From contig JAHJTE010000002.1 in NCBI GenBank assembly GCA_018830005.1, forward strand, positions 203,809 to 267,808: a stretch of 64,000 nt of DNA. The letters are read 5' to 3'. This document shows, in pieces, positions 1-8,540 of this stretch; position 1 is the stretch's first letter, and every line of letters begins with the position of its first letter. The translations under genes and the position numbers were made by a program. This DNA comes from Candidatus Omnitrophota bacterium (lineage in GTDB: Bacteria; Omnitrophota; Gorgyraeia; JAHJTE01). The notes under the pieces are model-generated. The model saw only the letters and a list, made by a program, of their open reading frames with translations. It had not been told where the DNA came from and ran no database searches.

Positions 1-597
1 ACCAATTCCATCCTCTAGAATAACTGCCTTCTTTATGTCTTTGATTTTGATAATATCGCGAACGATCTTTATCTCTAGAATTCTGCTTTCTGATTCACGC
101 AAGATTGTCAGTGCGACCTCTGTTCCAGGTTTACCGCGCAGTTTCTTTACTGCTTCCGAAAGTGTAATGTTACGAGTAAGCTCGCCTTCAATCTTGACAA
201 TTCTATCCCCTGCCATAATACCCGCCTTCCAGGCCGGAGTATCTTCAATAGGAGTAATAATTGTCAGTAGGTTATCTTTAATTGTTATTTCAATTCCTAA
301 ACCGCCAAATTGCCCCTCGGTCTCAACCTTTAATTCTTTAAATTCATCTGGATCAAGAAACTGACTGTGCGGATCTAGGGAGGTAAGCATGCCTTTTAAA
401 GCACCATAAATAAGATCATGAGTTGTTACATCCTCAACATAACCATTGTGAATAATACTTAAAGCACCAGAGAATAATTCCAACTGCGGATATATATTCT
501 CTTTCTTCAACTGTTCTGCGCTCAACATATATATCCCGCCTAAAACCAAACCTAAAGTAACTACGCTAATAATACCTATCGATATCCGTCTACGCAT
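1..597 (-). CDS. ctpA: Carboxyl-terminal processing protease, S41 family (5' part; runs off the window)
   Basis: Not in the ORF track; translated by hand from ATG at 597: MRRRISIGIISVVTLGLVLGG...GALKGMLTSLDPHSQFLDPDEFKELKVETEGQFGGLGIEI...ITPIEDTPAWKAGIMAGDRIVKI...LRGKPGT. This is the CtpA N-terminus plus PDZ domain. The start overlaps the gatB stop. Confidence 0.9.
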   Translation of the reverse strand, partial: MRRRISIGIISVVTLGLVLGGIYMLSAEQLKKENIYPQLELFSGALSIIHNGYVEDVTTHDLIYGALKGMLTSLDPHSQFLDPDEFKELKVETEGQFGGLGIEITIKDNLLTIITPIEDTPAWKAGIMAGDRIVKIEGELTRNITLSEAVKKLRGKPGTEVALTILRESESRILEIKIVRDIIKIKDIKKAVILEDGIG

Positions 598-2029
598 CTT
601 TTTTATCCTCCTTTAACTTTCTTTCCAAAAGTTCCTTCACCTTCTTAGGGTTTGCCTTTCCTTTACTTTTTCTCATTACCTGACCGACTAAAAACATCAA
701 GGCCTTGACCTTGCCTGAAAGAAAATTTTCAACTGACTCCTTGTTTTCGAGGATTACCTCTTGCGCCAATTTTATAAGGCTGGCCTCATCAGAAACCTGA
801 ACAAGATCTTCCTCATTGATAACCTCATCCGGGCCTTTTTTCCTATCTATCATTAATGTCAATACAGATTTTGCAGTGAGGTTACTAAGTGCATCAGTCT
901 TTAGAAGCTTAATCAGTTTTATGAAATCCTCTGGCTTAATGAAAAGTTCGGATATAGTCTTATTCCTCTGGTTAATCTCATATAACAGAGGACCTCTAAT
1001 CCAGTTTAGTATAGATTTTGAATCCTTAAATAATTTATTGCAATCTTCAAAAAACTCTACCATGTCTTGTTCTGTCACTAAAAATTGCGCTTCTTCTTCA
1101 GAGAGTTTATACGCCTGCCTTATTCTCTTGGTCTTCTCTCTTGGTAACTCTGGCAGGCTACTTCTAATTTCCTTAAGAGACTTCTTTTCAATGGCAAAAG
1201 GAACAAGGTCTGGTTCGGGAAAATATCGATAATCACTTGCCTCTTCCTTGCTGCGCATTGGAATGGTTGTTCTTTTCTCCTCATCCCAGAGAAGGGTCTC
1301 CTGAATTACGGACTTACCTTCATCAAGAAGCCTGCCTTGTCTTTTTACCTCTACCTCTAAGGCAGCCTTCACTGCTTTAAAAGAATTCATATTTTTTAAT
1401 TCTGTCTTGGTTCCTAGGACTTCTTCGCCTTTAACGCGTAAAGAGATATTGGCATCACAACGCAAAGAGCCCTTTTCCATATCACAGTCTGAAACAGCCA
1501 AATATTTAAGCAAGGTCTTTAAGGTGACTAAATACTTGTAGGCTTCATCAGGAGAGCTGATATCAGGTTCAGTCACAATTTCCAAAAGAGGTATGCCGGT
1601 TCGGTTATAATCGATAAGACTATATTCCTTTTCATGAATTAATTTTCCGGCATCTTCTTCAATGTGTACGCGCCGTATTCGTATGCGCTTATCTTTATTC
1701 TCGCTATTTATCAGAATATGACCTTCATAAGAAAGTGGCATATCGTATTGAGAAATCTGATAATTTTTTGGCAGGTCAGGATAATAATAATTCTTTCTAT
1801 CAAATTTAACCTGATCGCCAATAGTGCAGTCCAAGGCCAAGGCCACCTTGACCGCATATTCAATTGCCTTTCTATTAATAACAGGCAGGCTCCCCGGTAA
1901 ACCAAGGCAGACAGGACAGACTTTACTATTAGCCTCTGCAGCGAACTTTACCTGACAGGAACAAAATAACTTAGTCTCAGTTGCAAGTTGCAAATGAACT
2001 TCTAATCCTATGACTGGTTCTAATTCCAT
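590..2029 (-). CDS. gatB: Asp/Glu-tRNA amidotransferase subunit B
   Basis: Motifs VIGLEVHLQL, FDRKNYYYPDLPKNYQISQ, IEEDAGK, LRCDANIS and YRYFPEPDL. Start moved to the ATG at 2029 (MELEPVIGLE) because the longer ORF overlaps gatA. Confidence 0.97.
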   Translation of the reverse strand: MELEPVIGLEVHLQLATETKLFCSCQVKFAAEANSKVCPVCLGLPGSLPVINRKAIEYAVKVALALDCTIGDQVKFDRKNYYYPDLPKNYQISQYDMPLSYEGHILINSENKDKRIRIRRVHIEEDAGKLIHEKEYSLIDYNRTGIPLLEIVTEPDISSPDEAYKYLVTLKTLLKYLAVSDCDMEKGSLRCDANISLRVKGEEVLGTKTELKNMNSFKAVKAALEVEVKRQGRLLDEGKSVIQETLLWDEEKRTTIPMRSKEEASDYRYFPEPDLVPFAIEKKSLKEIRSSLPELPREKTKRIRQAYKLSEEEAQFLVTEQDMVEFFEDCNKLFKDSKSILNWIRGPLLYEINQRNKTISELFIKPEDFIKLIKLLKTDALSNLTAKSVLTLMIDRKKGPDEVINEEDLVQVSDEASLIKLAQEVILENKESVENFLSGKVKALMFLVGQVMRKSKGKANPKKVKELLERKLKEDKKDA

Positions 2030-2033
2030 TTTA

Positions 2034-3503
2034 TTAAATATTCGGCCTCTTTTTATGCCAAGGGGTATTCTGTTCATAAGTATAGGCTGTGCGCAAAATC
2101 TTACCTTCCTCAAATGGCGCTCCCATAATTTGTAATCCAATCGGTAGATTCCCTGAATCAAAACCACAAGGCAAAGAGATAGCTGGCACGCCTGCAAGAT
2201 TAGCAGATATTGTATAGATATCAGATAAATACATCTTCAACGGATCATCTATCCTCTCACCTATTTTAAATGCTGTCGTGGGACTAGTAGGAGCAATTAT
2301 GCAATCACAAGTTTTAAGGGCATTATGGATCTCATCCCTAATAATCGTTCTCACTTTCTGAGCCCTTAAATAATAGGCATCATAATATCCGCTAGACAGT
2401 ACAAATGTACCCAACATAATCCTGCGCTTGGCCTCGTTCCCAAAGCCTTCACTGCGAGTGCGTTTATACATATCTATGATTTGAGACTTAACAGCAGAAG
2501 AGTTATTGCTTCTATGGCCATATTGAACTCCGTCAAACCTGGCCAGATTAGAACTTGCTTCTGCAGTTGCTACTATATAATACACACTTACTGCATATTT
2601 TGTATGGGCAAGTGAAATATCAAAGACCTTTGCACCTAAGCCTTCAAATGTCTCTTTTGCCTGCTCGATAGCTTTCTTTACTTCAGGCGCAATTCCATCT
2701 GAGCCAGCAAAATACTCCTTGGGTATTCCAATCTTTAAACCTCTGATATCGTTAACAAGAAACTTGCTATAATCAGGTACTTCTACATCTACACTTGTAG
2801 AATCCTTATCATCATAACCAGAGATTACAGACAAAAGTAGAGCTAGATCACTCACATCCCTTGCAAAAGGACCAATCTGATCAAGGCTTGAACCAAAGGC
2901 AACTAGGCCATAACGAGACACCCTGCCATATGTAGGCTTCATACCCACGACGCCGCAAAAACTAGCAGGTTGACGGATCGAACCGCCTGTATCAGAACCC
3001 AAGGCCAAAGGTACTTGGCCACTTGCAACCGCTGCTGCTGAGCCGCCGCTTGAGCCTCCACTTACGCATTCCAGATCCCAAGGATTCCTTGTCAGGCCAA
3101 AACAAGAATTCTCTGTAGATGAACCAAAGGCAAATTCATCCATATTGGTCTTGGCTATTATTATTGCTCCTTCTTTTTTAAGTTTTTCAATAACCGTGGC
3201 ATTATAAGGAGGAAAGAAGCCTTTCAGTATTTTAGAACAACAGGTTGTCTCTATGCCTTTAATACAGATGTTATCTTTTACTGCAACAGGTATGCCGCTA
3301 AGCCTGCCTGTTTCATTCTCCTGTTGCGGCTTATCAATAACCTTAACAAAGGCCTTAACCTTAGGGTCAACCTGTTTTATTCTTTTTGAGAAACATGACA
3401 GAACATTAGAGCTATTAGTCTGGCCTCTCTCGTATGCTGATAATAGCCCGCTGGCCGTCAACTCATACAACTTTTCTTTTTCAAGGGGATCTTTAGAATC
3501 CAT
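2034..3503 (-). CDS. gatA: Asp/Glu-tRNA amidotransferase subunit A
   Basis: Amidase signature KDNI, GGSSGGSAAAV, GSDTGGSIRQPA; lies between gatC and gatB. Confidence 0.97.
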   Translation of the reverse strand: MDSKDPLEKEKLYELTASGLLSAYERGQTNSSNVLSCFSKRIKQVDPKVKAFVKVIDKPQQENETGRLSGIPVAVKDNICIKGIETTCCSKILKGFFPPYNATVIEKLKKEGAIIIAKTNMDEFAFGSSTENSCFGLTRNPWDLECVSGGSSGGSAAAVASGQVPLALGSDTGGSIRQPASFCGVVGMKPTYGRVSRYGLVAFGSSLDQIGPFARDVSDLALLLSVISGYDDKDSTSVDVEVPDYSKFLVNDIRGLKIGIPKEYFAGSDGIAPEVKKAIEQAKETFEGLGAKVFDISLAHTKYAVSVYYIVATAEASSNLARFDGVQYGHRSNNSSAVKSQIIDMYKRTRSEGFGNEAKRRIMLGTFVLSSGYYDAYYLRAQKVRTIIRDEIHNALKTCDCIIAPTSPTTAFKIGERIDDPLKMYLSDIYTISANLAGVPAISLPCGFDSGNLPIGLQIMGAPFEEGKILRTAYTYEQNTPWHKKRPNI

Positions 3504-3519
3504 GACTTATTGAACTAAT

Positions 3520-3819
3520 TTAAAAATTCTCGATCTCTTCAATAATCTTTGGTACGCGAAAGAATTTATCCTTTCTGTCAGGACAATGTTTTAAAACTTC
3601 ATCGATTTCAATCGAGGGCTTCACAACATCTTGCCTGAAAACATTAGAAAGACACATAACATGAGAGGTAGGCTTAATCCTTTCAACATCTACCTCTTTC
3701 AATTGTTGAATATAGTCTAATATAGAGTCAAGTTCACGGCCGTATTTTTCAAGGTCGCTATCTGAAAACTCTATCCTAGCCAGATCGCCTAAATGTCGTA
3801 ACTCTTTCTTTAAAAACAA
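3520..3819 (-). CDS. gatC: Asp/Glu-tRNA amidotransferase subunit C
   Basis: 99 aa with LARIE...ILDYIQQLKEVD...PTSH...FRQD...FFRVPKII. TTG start with a GAGAGG SD. Confidence 0.93.
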   Translation of the reverse strand: MFLKKELRHLGDLARIEFSDSDLEKYGRELDSILDYIQQLKEVDVERIKPTSHVMCLSNVFRQDVVKPSIEIDEVLKHCPDRKDKFFRVPKIIEEIENF

Positions 3820-3845
3820 ATTAGCCTCTCTTTCTTAATGTTTTT

Positions 3846-3874
3846 ATGATAACAGAAATAAACTAAAAAGTAAA
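3846..3874 (-). promoter_or_regulatory. Putative sigma70 promoter for gatCAB-ctpA
   Basis: Minus strand TTTACT-N17-TATCAT with a TGn extension, in the 70-bp rsmA-gatC gap. Confidence 0.5.
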
Positions 3875-3890
3875 CCCCGCTTATCGCTCT

Positions 3891-4682
3891 CTATCTGTCC
3901 AAGGCCTTACTTAAGCTTATAAATCCCTCTAAACTTACTGCCTCAGGTCTTGTTTTGGCCTCAATGCCACAAGATTGCAAGGAGAGCATAATTCTATCTG
4001 CGCCATATTCCTTTTTCAATGTATTAAATAAAGTCTTTCGGCGCTGATTGAAGGCAATTCTTATAATTCTAAAAAGCAATCGAGTGTTGACGCCTTCAAA
4101 CTCCTTAGACTCACGCGGCAGGAGCCTCAAGAATGAAGCATCTACCTTAGGCACAGGCCAAAAACATGTTCTCTTTATTTTAAAAAGCACTTCCGGTCTT
4201 GAGAAAAAATGTACAAAAAGACTAAAGGCACTTGAATTTCGCCTGCCACTCGGACACATTAACCTCTCTGCCAATTCCTTTTGTATGGTAAGGAAAAAAA
4301 ACTTGATTCTTTCTGACTCAGGCAAGAATCTTGCAATAATCTGACTGGATATGCAAAATGGCAAATTTCCTATTAAAGTAACTTTAGTCTTAAGATGTAA
4401 ATCTCCTAAATTGAACTTTAGGATGTCAGCATTGACCAGACGAAAATTTGCTCTCGTTGCGAATTTTTCCCTTAAGATAGGATCAAATCTCTTATCTATC
4501 TCAACAGCTGTTACGTCAGCGCCAGTATCAAGTAATTTTTCAGTCAAAAGACCAGTGCCAGGACCTATCTCAATAACCTTATCAGACTTATTAATCAAAG
4601 ATGCAGAAACTATCTTAGATACAATGTTATTATCAATAAGGAAATTCTGACCTAGGGATTTTTTTGGACGAATCTTTTGCAT
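3891..4682 (-). CDS. rsmA: 16S rRNA adenine dimethyltransferase
   Basis: Motifs KKSLGQNFL, EIGPGTG, AVEID, GNLP, PVPKVD and QRRKTL. Confidence 0.96.
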   Translation of the reverse strand: MQKIRPKKSLGQNFLIDNNIVSKIVSASLINKSDKVIEIGPGTGLLTEKLLDTGADVTAVEIDKRFDPILREKFATRANFRLVNADILKFNLGDLHLKTKVTLIGNLPFCISSQIIARFLPESERIKFFFLTIQKELAERLMCPSGRRNSSAFSLFVHFFSRPEVLFKIKRTCFWPVPKVDASFLRLLPRESKEFEGVNTRLLFRIIRIAFNQRRKTLFNTLKKEYGADRIMLSLQSCGIEAKTRPEAVSLEGFISLSKALDR

Positions 4683-5622
4683 TAGCTACCAATCTCAATG
4701 TCAACCTAATAGCATCTAGCAGGGAATTAGGATTTGCCTTATCTTTGCCGGCAATATCAAATGCCGTACCATGTAAGGGTGATGTCCTGACAAAAGAAAG
4801 TCCCAGCGTTAGATTTATGCCTGTTTCCTGATACAAAAGCTTCAAAGGAAGCATTGCCTGATCATGATAAAAACAAATAGCAGCGTCTAGCTGGCCCTCT
4901 CGCATTTTTAAAACAATGCCTTCTAAAAGATGTGGGCCAAATACCTTGATATTTTTTAATATTTTTTGGGATTTTAAAATTGCGGGCTTAATGAAATCTA
5001 TCTCTTCTCTACCTAACAACCCTGCCTCACCCAGGTGAGGATTAAGGCCGCATATTCCAATTTTGGGCATCTTTATCTTAAAAAATCTTTCTAATTCTAA
5101 GGCCGTCAAACAAATTGTCTTGTAGATATTTTCTATGCTTAATCTTTTACTTACCTCTTTAAGCGGAATATGCGTTGTGCAAAGACTAAATCTTAATTTC
5201 GAAGCCAAAAGCATCATCCTTACAATCTTGGCGCTATCAAGTCCTCCTAGATACTCTGTCTGGCCATAGAAATCATCCCTTACTAAGTTGATTGACCTTT
5301 TACTGACAGGGCAAGTTACAATACCGTAAATCTCACCTGCCTTTATGAGTCGATGCGCCTTATCTAGATACTCTAAAGATGCCTTAGCGCAGTCTAAATT
5401 TGTCTTACCGAAAGAGAAGTTCCTCTTCTTAACATTGTCCAGATCCACCAGATCATATTTAATTTTATTTAAATTCAGACCAACCTTCTCTAAAACAAAA
5501 CGGCTGCCAATAATAAGCAGTAATTGCCGCTCCTGCTTAGACAGCCTGCTTAATGCCTTTAAGATAATCTCCGCACCTATACCTGCAGGATCTCCTAAGG
5601 TTAGGCCGATTCTTCTTTCCAT
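4633..5622 (-). CDS. pdxA: PdxA-family 4-hydroxythreonine-4-phosphate dehydrogenase (divergent)
   Basis: Motifs TLGDPAGIGAE, TTHIPL, LNPH, YHDQ and RTSPxHGTAFDIAGK; surA-pdxA-rsmA synteny. Confidence 0.88.
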   Translation of the reverse strand: MERRIGLTLGDPAGIGAEIILKALSRLSKQERQLLLIIGSRFVLEKVGLNLNKIKYDLVDLDNVKKRNFSFGKTNLDCAKASLEYLDKAHRLIKAGEIYGIVTCPVSKRSINLVRDDFYGQTEYLGGLDSAKIVRMMLLASKLRFSLCTTHIPLKEVSKRLSIENIYKTICLTALELERFFKIKMPKIGICGLNPHLGEAGLLGREEIDFIKPAILKSQKILKNIKVFGPHLLEGIVLKMREGQLDAAICFYHDQAMLPLKLLYQETGINLTLGLSFVRTSPLHGTAFDIAGKDKANPNSLLDAIRLTLRLVANAKDSSKKIPRSEFPY

Positions 5623-5649
5623 GTTTTATCAAGGCAAGGAATGAGGCCT

Positions 5650-6573
5650 TTATTTAATAACTATGTAAGCCTCATTTTTTAGTTTATCCAACCAAGACAT
5701 GAACTCAAGGTTGAATTTTTCATTAAATATAATCTTATATATTGAATCTTGCGCCTCAGGTAATGTTAGATCTTTTGGTGGTAAAAATTTTAAAATCTTA
5801 AAAATATAAAATCTGTTATTAAGCTCGATAACATCTGAAATCTCACCCGGTGAAAGCTTGAAAACATTAGCCTCCACCTTGGCATCTAACATACCCTTTC
5901 TTATTTCAAAAAGCGCCTGGTAATTCTCATGGCCAGAAAAAAGCAGATTGAAATTTTTACCATTTTTGATTTTCTGCAAAGAACGCTCTGCCTCGGATTT
6001 ATCTAGAAAAAAGACAAAGCTGACCTCTAGGCCTTGAAGTATTGCGAGTTTTTCAGGGTATTGCATATAAAAATCAGTTATCTCAGAAGGACTAACCTGA
6101 ATCTTTGACCTTATTTTTCGATCTACGATAGCTCGCATTAACTCCTGCTCTCTAAAATGCTTCTTGATGTCACTCAAAGACAAATTTTGAGAAAATAATG
6201 AGCTTTGAAAATCTGCCTCTGTTGGGAATGTCGACTTTATATCCTCAAGTCTATTTTCAATAACACGCTCAGAAACTTCTATTTTTTCCTTAACTGCCTC
6301 CTGCAAGATTAATTTATCTTCAATGATCTTCAACAACGCCTTATCCGCAATATAGGAAAGCTCTTTCTCTAACTCTTCACCCGAAAACCTAGAAGAAAGT
6401 TGGATATAGGAAAAATTAATGAAGTCTTGTACCTCACTTTGTGTAACTATCATATCGTTGACAACAGCAACTATCTTGTCGCCGTCTATCTCCTGCGATA
6501 GACAAAATATACTCGACGCTAAAAGGAGACAGGCAATGATTAAAAACTTCGCACAACTTCTAATATTAAACAT
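5650..6573 (-). CDS. SurA/PrsA-like periplasmic chaperone, parvulin-type PPIase
   Basis: Signal peptide, then KIVAVVND.IVTQSE (SurA N-domain), a degenerate parvulin domain (VFKLSPGEISDVI) and a C-terminal WLDKLKNEAYI. Confidence 0.82.
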   Translation of the reverse strand: MFNIRSCAKFLIIACLLLASSIFCLSQEIDGDKIVAVVNDMIVTQSEVQDFINFSYIQLSSRFSGEELEKELSYIADKALLKIIEDKLILQEAVKEKIEVSERVIENRLEDIKSTFPTEADFQSSLFSQNLSLSDIKKHFREQELMRAIVDRKIRSKIQVSPSEITDFYMQYPEKLAILQGLEVSFVFFLDKSEAERSLQKIKNGKNFNLLFSGHENYQALFEIRKGMLDAKVEANVFKLSPGEISDVIELNNRFYIFKILKFLPPKDLTLPEAQDSIYKIIFNEKFNLEFMSWLDKLKNEAYIVIK

Positions 6574-8524
6574 GGCTAATAGAAAGCTTTTTCCTGTTTT
6601 CTTCTTGGCCGTACAATCTACTTACAGCTGAACGTAGGAGACGAGCATAAAGATCAAAACCTACTGCCATAATATAACCGTGCTGTTCCTTTCCCAGGAG
6701 GTTACCCGCGCCTCTGATTTCCAGATCCTCAAGCGCTATACGAAACCCAGAGCCTAGCTGCGAATATTCTTCTATGGCCTTTAGGCGTTTTTTGGCATCT
6801 TCGTTTAAATCTGTAACACCTGATACAAGAAAATAGGCATATGCCTGTCTGTTGAACCTGCCTACCCTGCCGCGCAGCTGGTGTAAGTCAGAAAGGCCGA
6901 AATTTTCAGCATTATCCAGAATAAGTGTATTTGCATTAGGTATGTCTATCCCAGATTCAATAATCGTTGTTGATATAAGGCAATCTATTTTATGCTTTAG
7001 GAATAAAAGCGTTACCTGCTCTAGGTCACGCGAAGCCATCCTGCCGTGAGCCACACCAAGACGCACCTTTTCCTTTAAGATTGATTTTAATCTAAGATAT
7101 AGCTTTTGGATATCCTCAATACGGTTATGGACAAAATAAATCTGACCACCTCGTTTTACCTCTCTAGTTATTGCCTGAGTTATAATACGCTCATCATATT
7201 CAGCTACAGCAGTTTTTACAGCTAGTCTCATCTTAGGAGGTGTATTTATCGCAGATATATCTTTTAATCCTGTAAGCGACATATAAAGTGTGCGAGGAAT
7301 AGGTGTTGCTGTGAGAGTTAAAATATCAGCAAGTAACCTAATCCTTTTTAATTTTTCCTTTGCCCTTACTCCAAAACGCTGTTCTTCATCGATTATAATC
7401 AAACCTAGGTCCTTAAAATCAATATCGGAGCTGAGCATGCGGTGTGTACCAATCAATATATCAATCTTGCCTTTTTTGACAGATTCAATAATCTCAAGAT
7501 TCTCTTTTTTTGTATTGAATCGCGATATCATTGCCACATTGATCGGGAAATAAGAGTGCCTCTTGCTAAAATTGTAATAGTGCTGGGTGGCTAAAATAGT
7601 CGTTGGAACCAAAATAGCTACTTGCTTATTATCCATGACTGCCTTAAAGGCAGCACGCATCGCAACTTCAGTCTTTCCATAACCAACATCTCCACAGAGC
7701 AACCTATCCATAGGCCTATCAGATTCCATGTCCTTTTTTACATCATCTAGGGCCTTTCTCTGATCAGGTGTTTCAGTAAAAGAGAAACTGGCTTCAAACT
7801 CTCTCTGCCAATCAGTATCCTGAGAGAATCTAAAGCCACTTAAGGTAGATCGCGCAGCCTGTAGATTCAGCAAATCTAATGCTATGAACTTTACGGCCTT
7901 TTTGGTTCTCTCTTTGATCTTCTGCCAATCACCTGATCCAAGATTAGATAATTTAGGGCGAGCGCCTTCAAAGGCAACATAACGCGAAACAAGATGGATA
8001 TCTGCCATCGGAACATAAAGCATATCCCCTCTGGAATAACGGATAGCTAAATGATCTTTCAGTTTTCCTTCATGCTCTAACTTTTTTATCCCAACAAATT
8101 TTCCAATACCATAGTAGGTATGAACAACGTAATCATCAAAAGATAAATCAAGGAAATTATCAACAGGGACTTCTTCGCCTCCGCTTGCGATATATACGCT
8201 ATCTCCCCTTGCATTAGTAAGAGAACCCAAAGAGAAGTAAGACTTGCGCCTAAAGGCAAGTATAATAACCATTTGATGATCCCAGAGCATACGCTGACTT
8301 TGCACATCAAAACTTTTGATAGAGGCTATTTTGTCTATATCCAGCTCTATGCGCAGAGGGTATTCAAATGTAAAAGGAAAGATATCGATTATTGAGCCTC
8401 GATGACTAAAGTCTCCCTCCTCTTGAATCTTGGCTTGATGCGAATAGCCAAATTTCGAGAATTCATCCAGGAGTGCGCCTTTGGCAATCTCTTGATTAAG
8501 GTAGATCTTGAGTGTCTTAAACAT
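6566..8524 (-). CDS. mfd: Transcription-repair coupling factor, minimal 652-aa form
   Basis: UvrA-interacting D2 (GDFSHRGSIIDIFP), CarD-like RID (YVVHTYYGIGKF), and translocase motifs GDVGYGKT, DEEQRFG, TATPIPRT, QLRGRVGR, DLEIRGAGNLLG. Confidence 0.93.
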   Translation of the reverse strand: MFKTLKIYLNQEIAKGALLDEFSKFGYSHQAKIQEEGDFSHRGSIIDIFPFTFEYPLRIELDIDKIASIKSFDVQSQRMLWDHQMVIILAFRRKSYFSLGSLTNARGDSVYIASGGEEVPVDNFLDLSFDDYVVHTYYGIGKFVGIKKLEHEGKLKDHLAIRYSRGDMLYVPMADIHLVSRYVAFEGARPKLSNLGSGDWQKIKERTKKAVKFIALDLLNLQAARSTLSGFRFSQDTDWQREFEASFSFTETPDQRKALDDVKKDMESDRPMDRLLCGDVGYGKTEVAMRAAFKAVMDNKQVAILVPTTILATQHYYNFSKRHSYFPINVAMISRFNTKKENLEIIESVKKGKIDILIGTHRMLSSDIDFKDLGLIIIDEEQRFGVRAKEKLKRIRLLADILTLTATPIPRTLYMSLTGLKDISAINTPPKMRLAVKTAVAEYDERIITQAITREVKRGGQIYFVHNRIEDIQKLYLRLKSILKEKVRLGVAHGRMASRDLEQVTLLFLKHKIDCLISTTIIESGIDIPNANTLILDNAENFGLSDLHQLRGRVGRFNRQAYAYFLVSGVTDLNEDAKKRLKAIEEYSQLGSGFRIALEDLEIRGAGNLLGKEQHGYIMAVGFDLYARLLRSAVSRLYGQEENRKKLSISHV

Positions 8525-8540
8525 ATTTCCTAAAAATTGA

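Noticed and set aside
2030-2197. 56-aa N-terminal extension of GatB in the ORF track
   Set aside because: It overlaps the gatA 3' end; the family N-terminus starts at the ATG at 2029.
6566-8540. mfd as a frameshifted pseudogene
   Set aside because: The flanking genes leave no space for the missing domains and all catalytic motifs are intact in one ORF.
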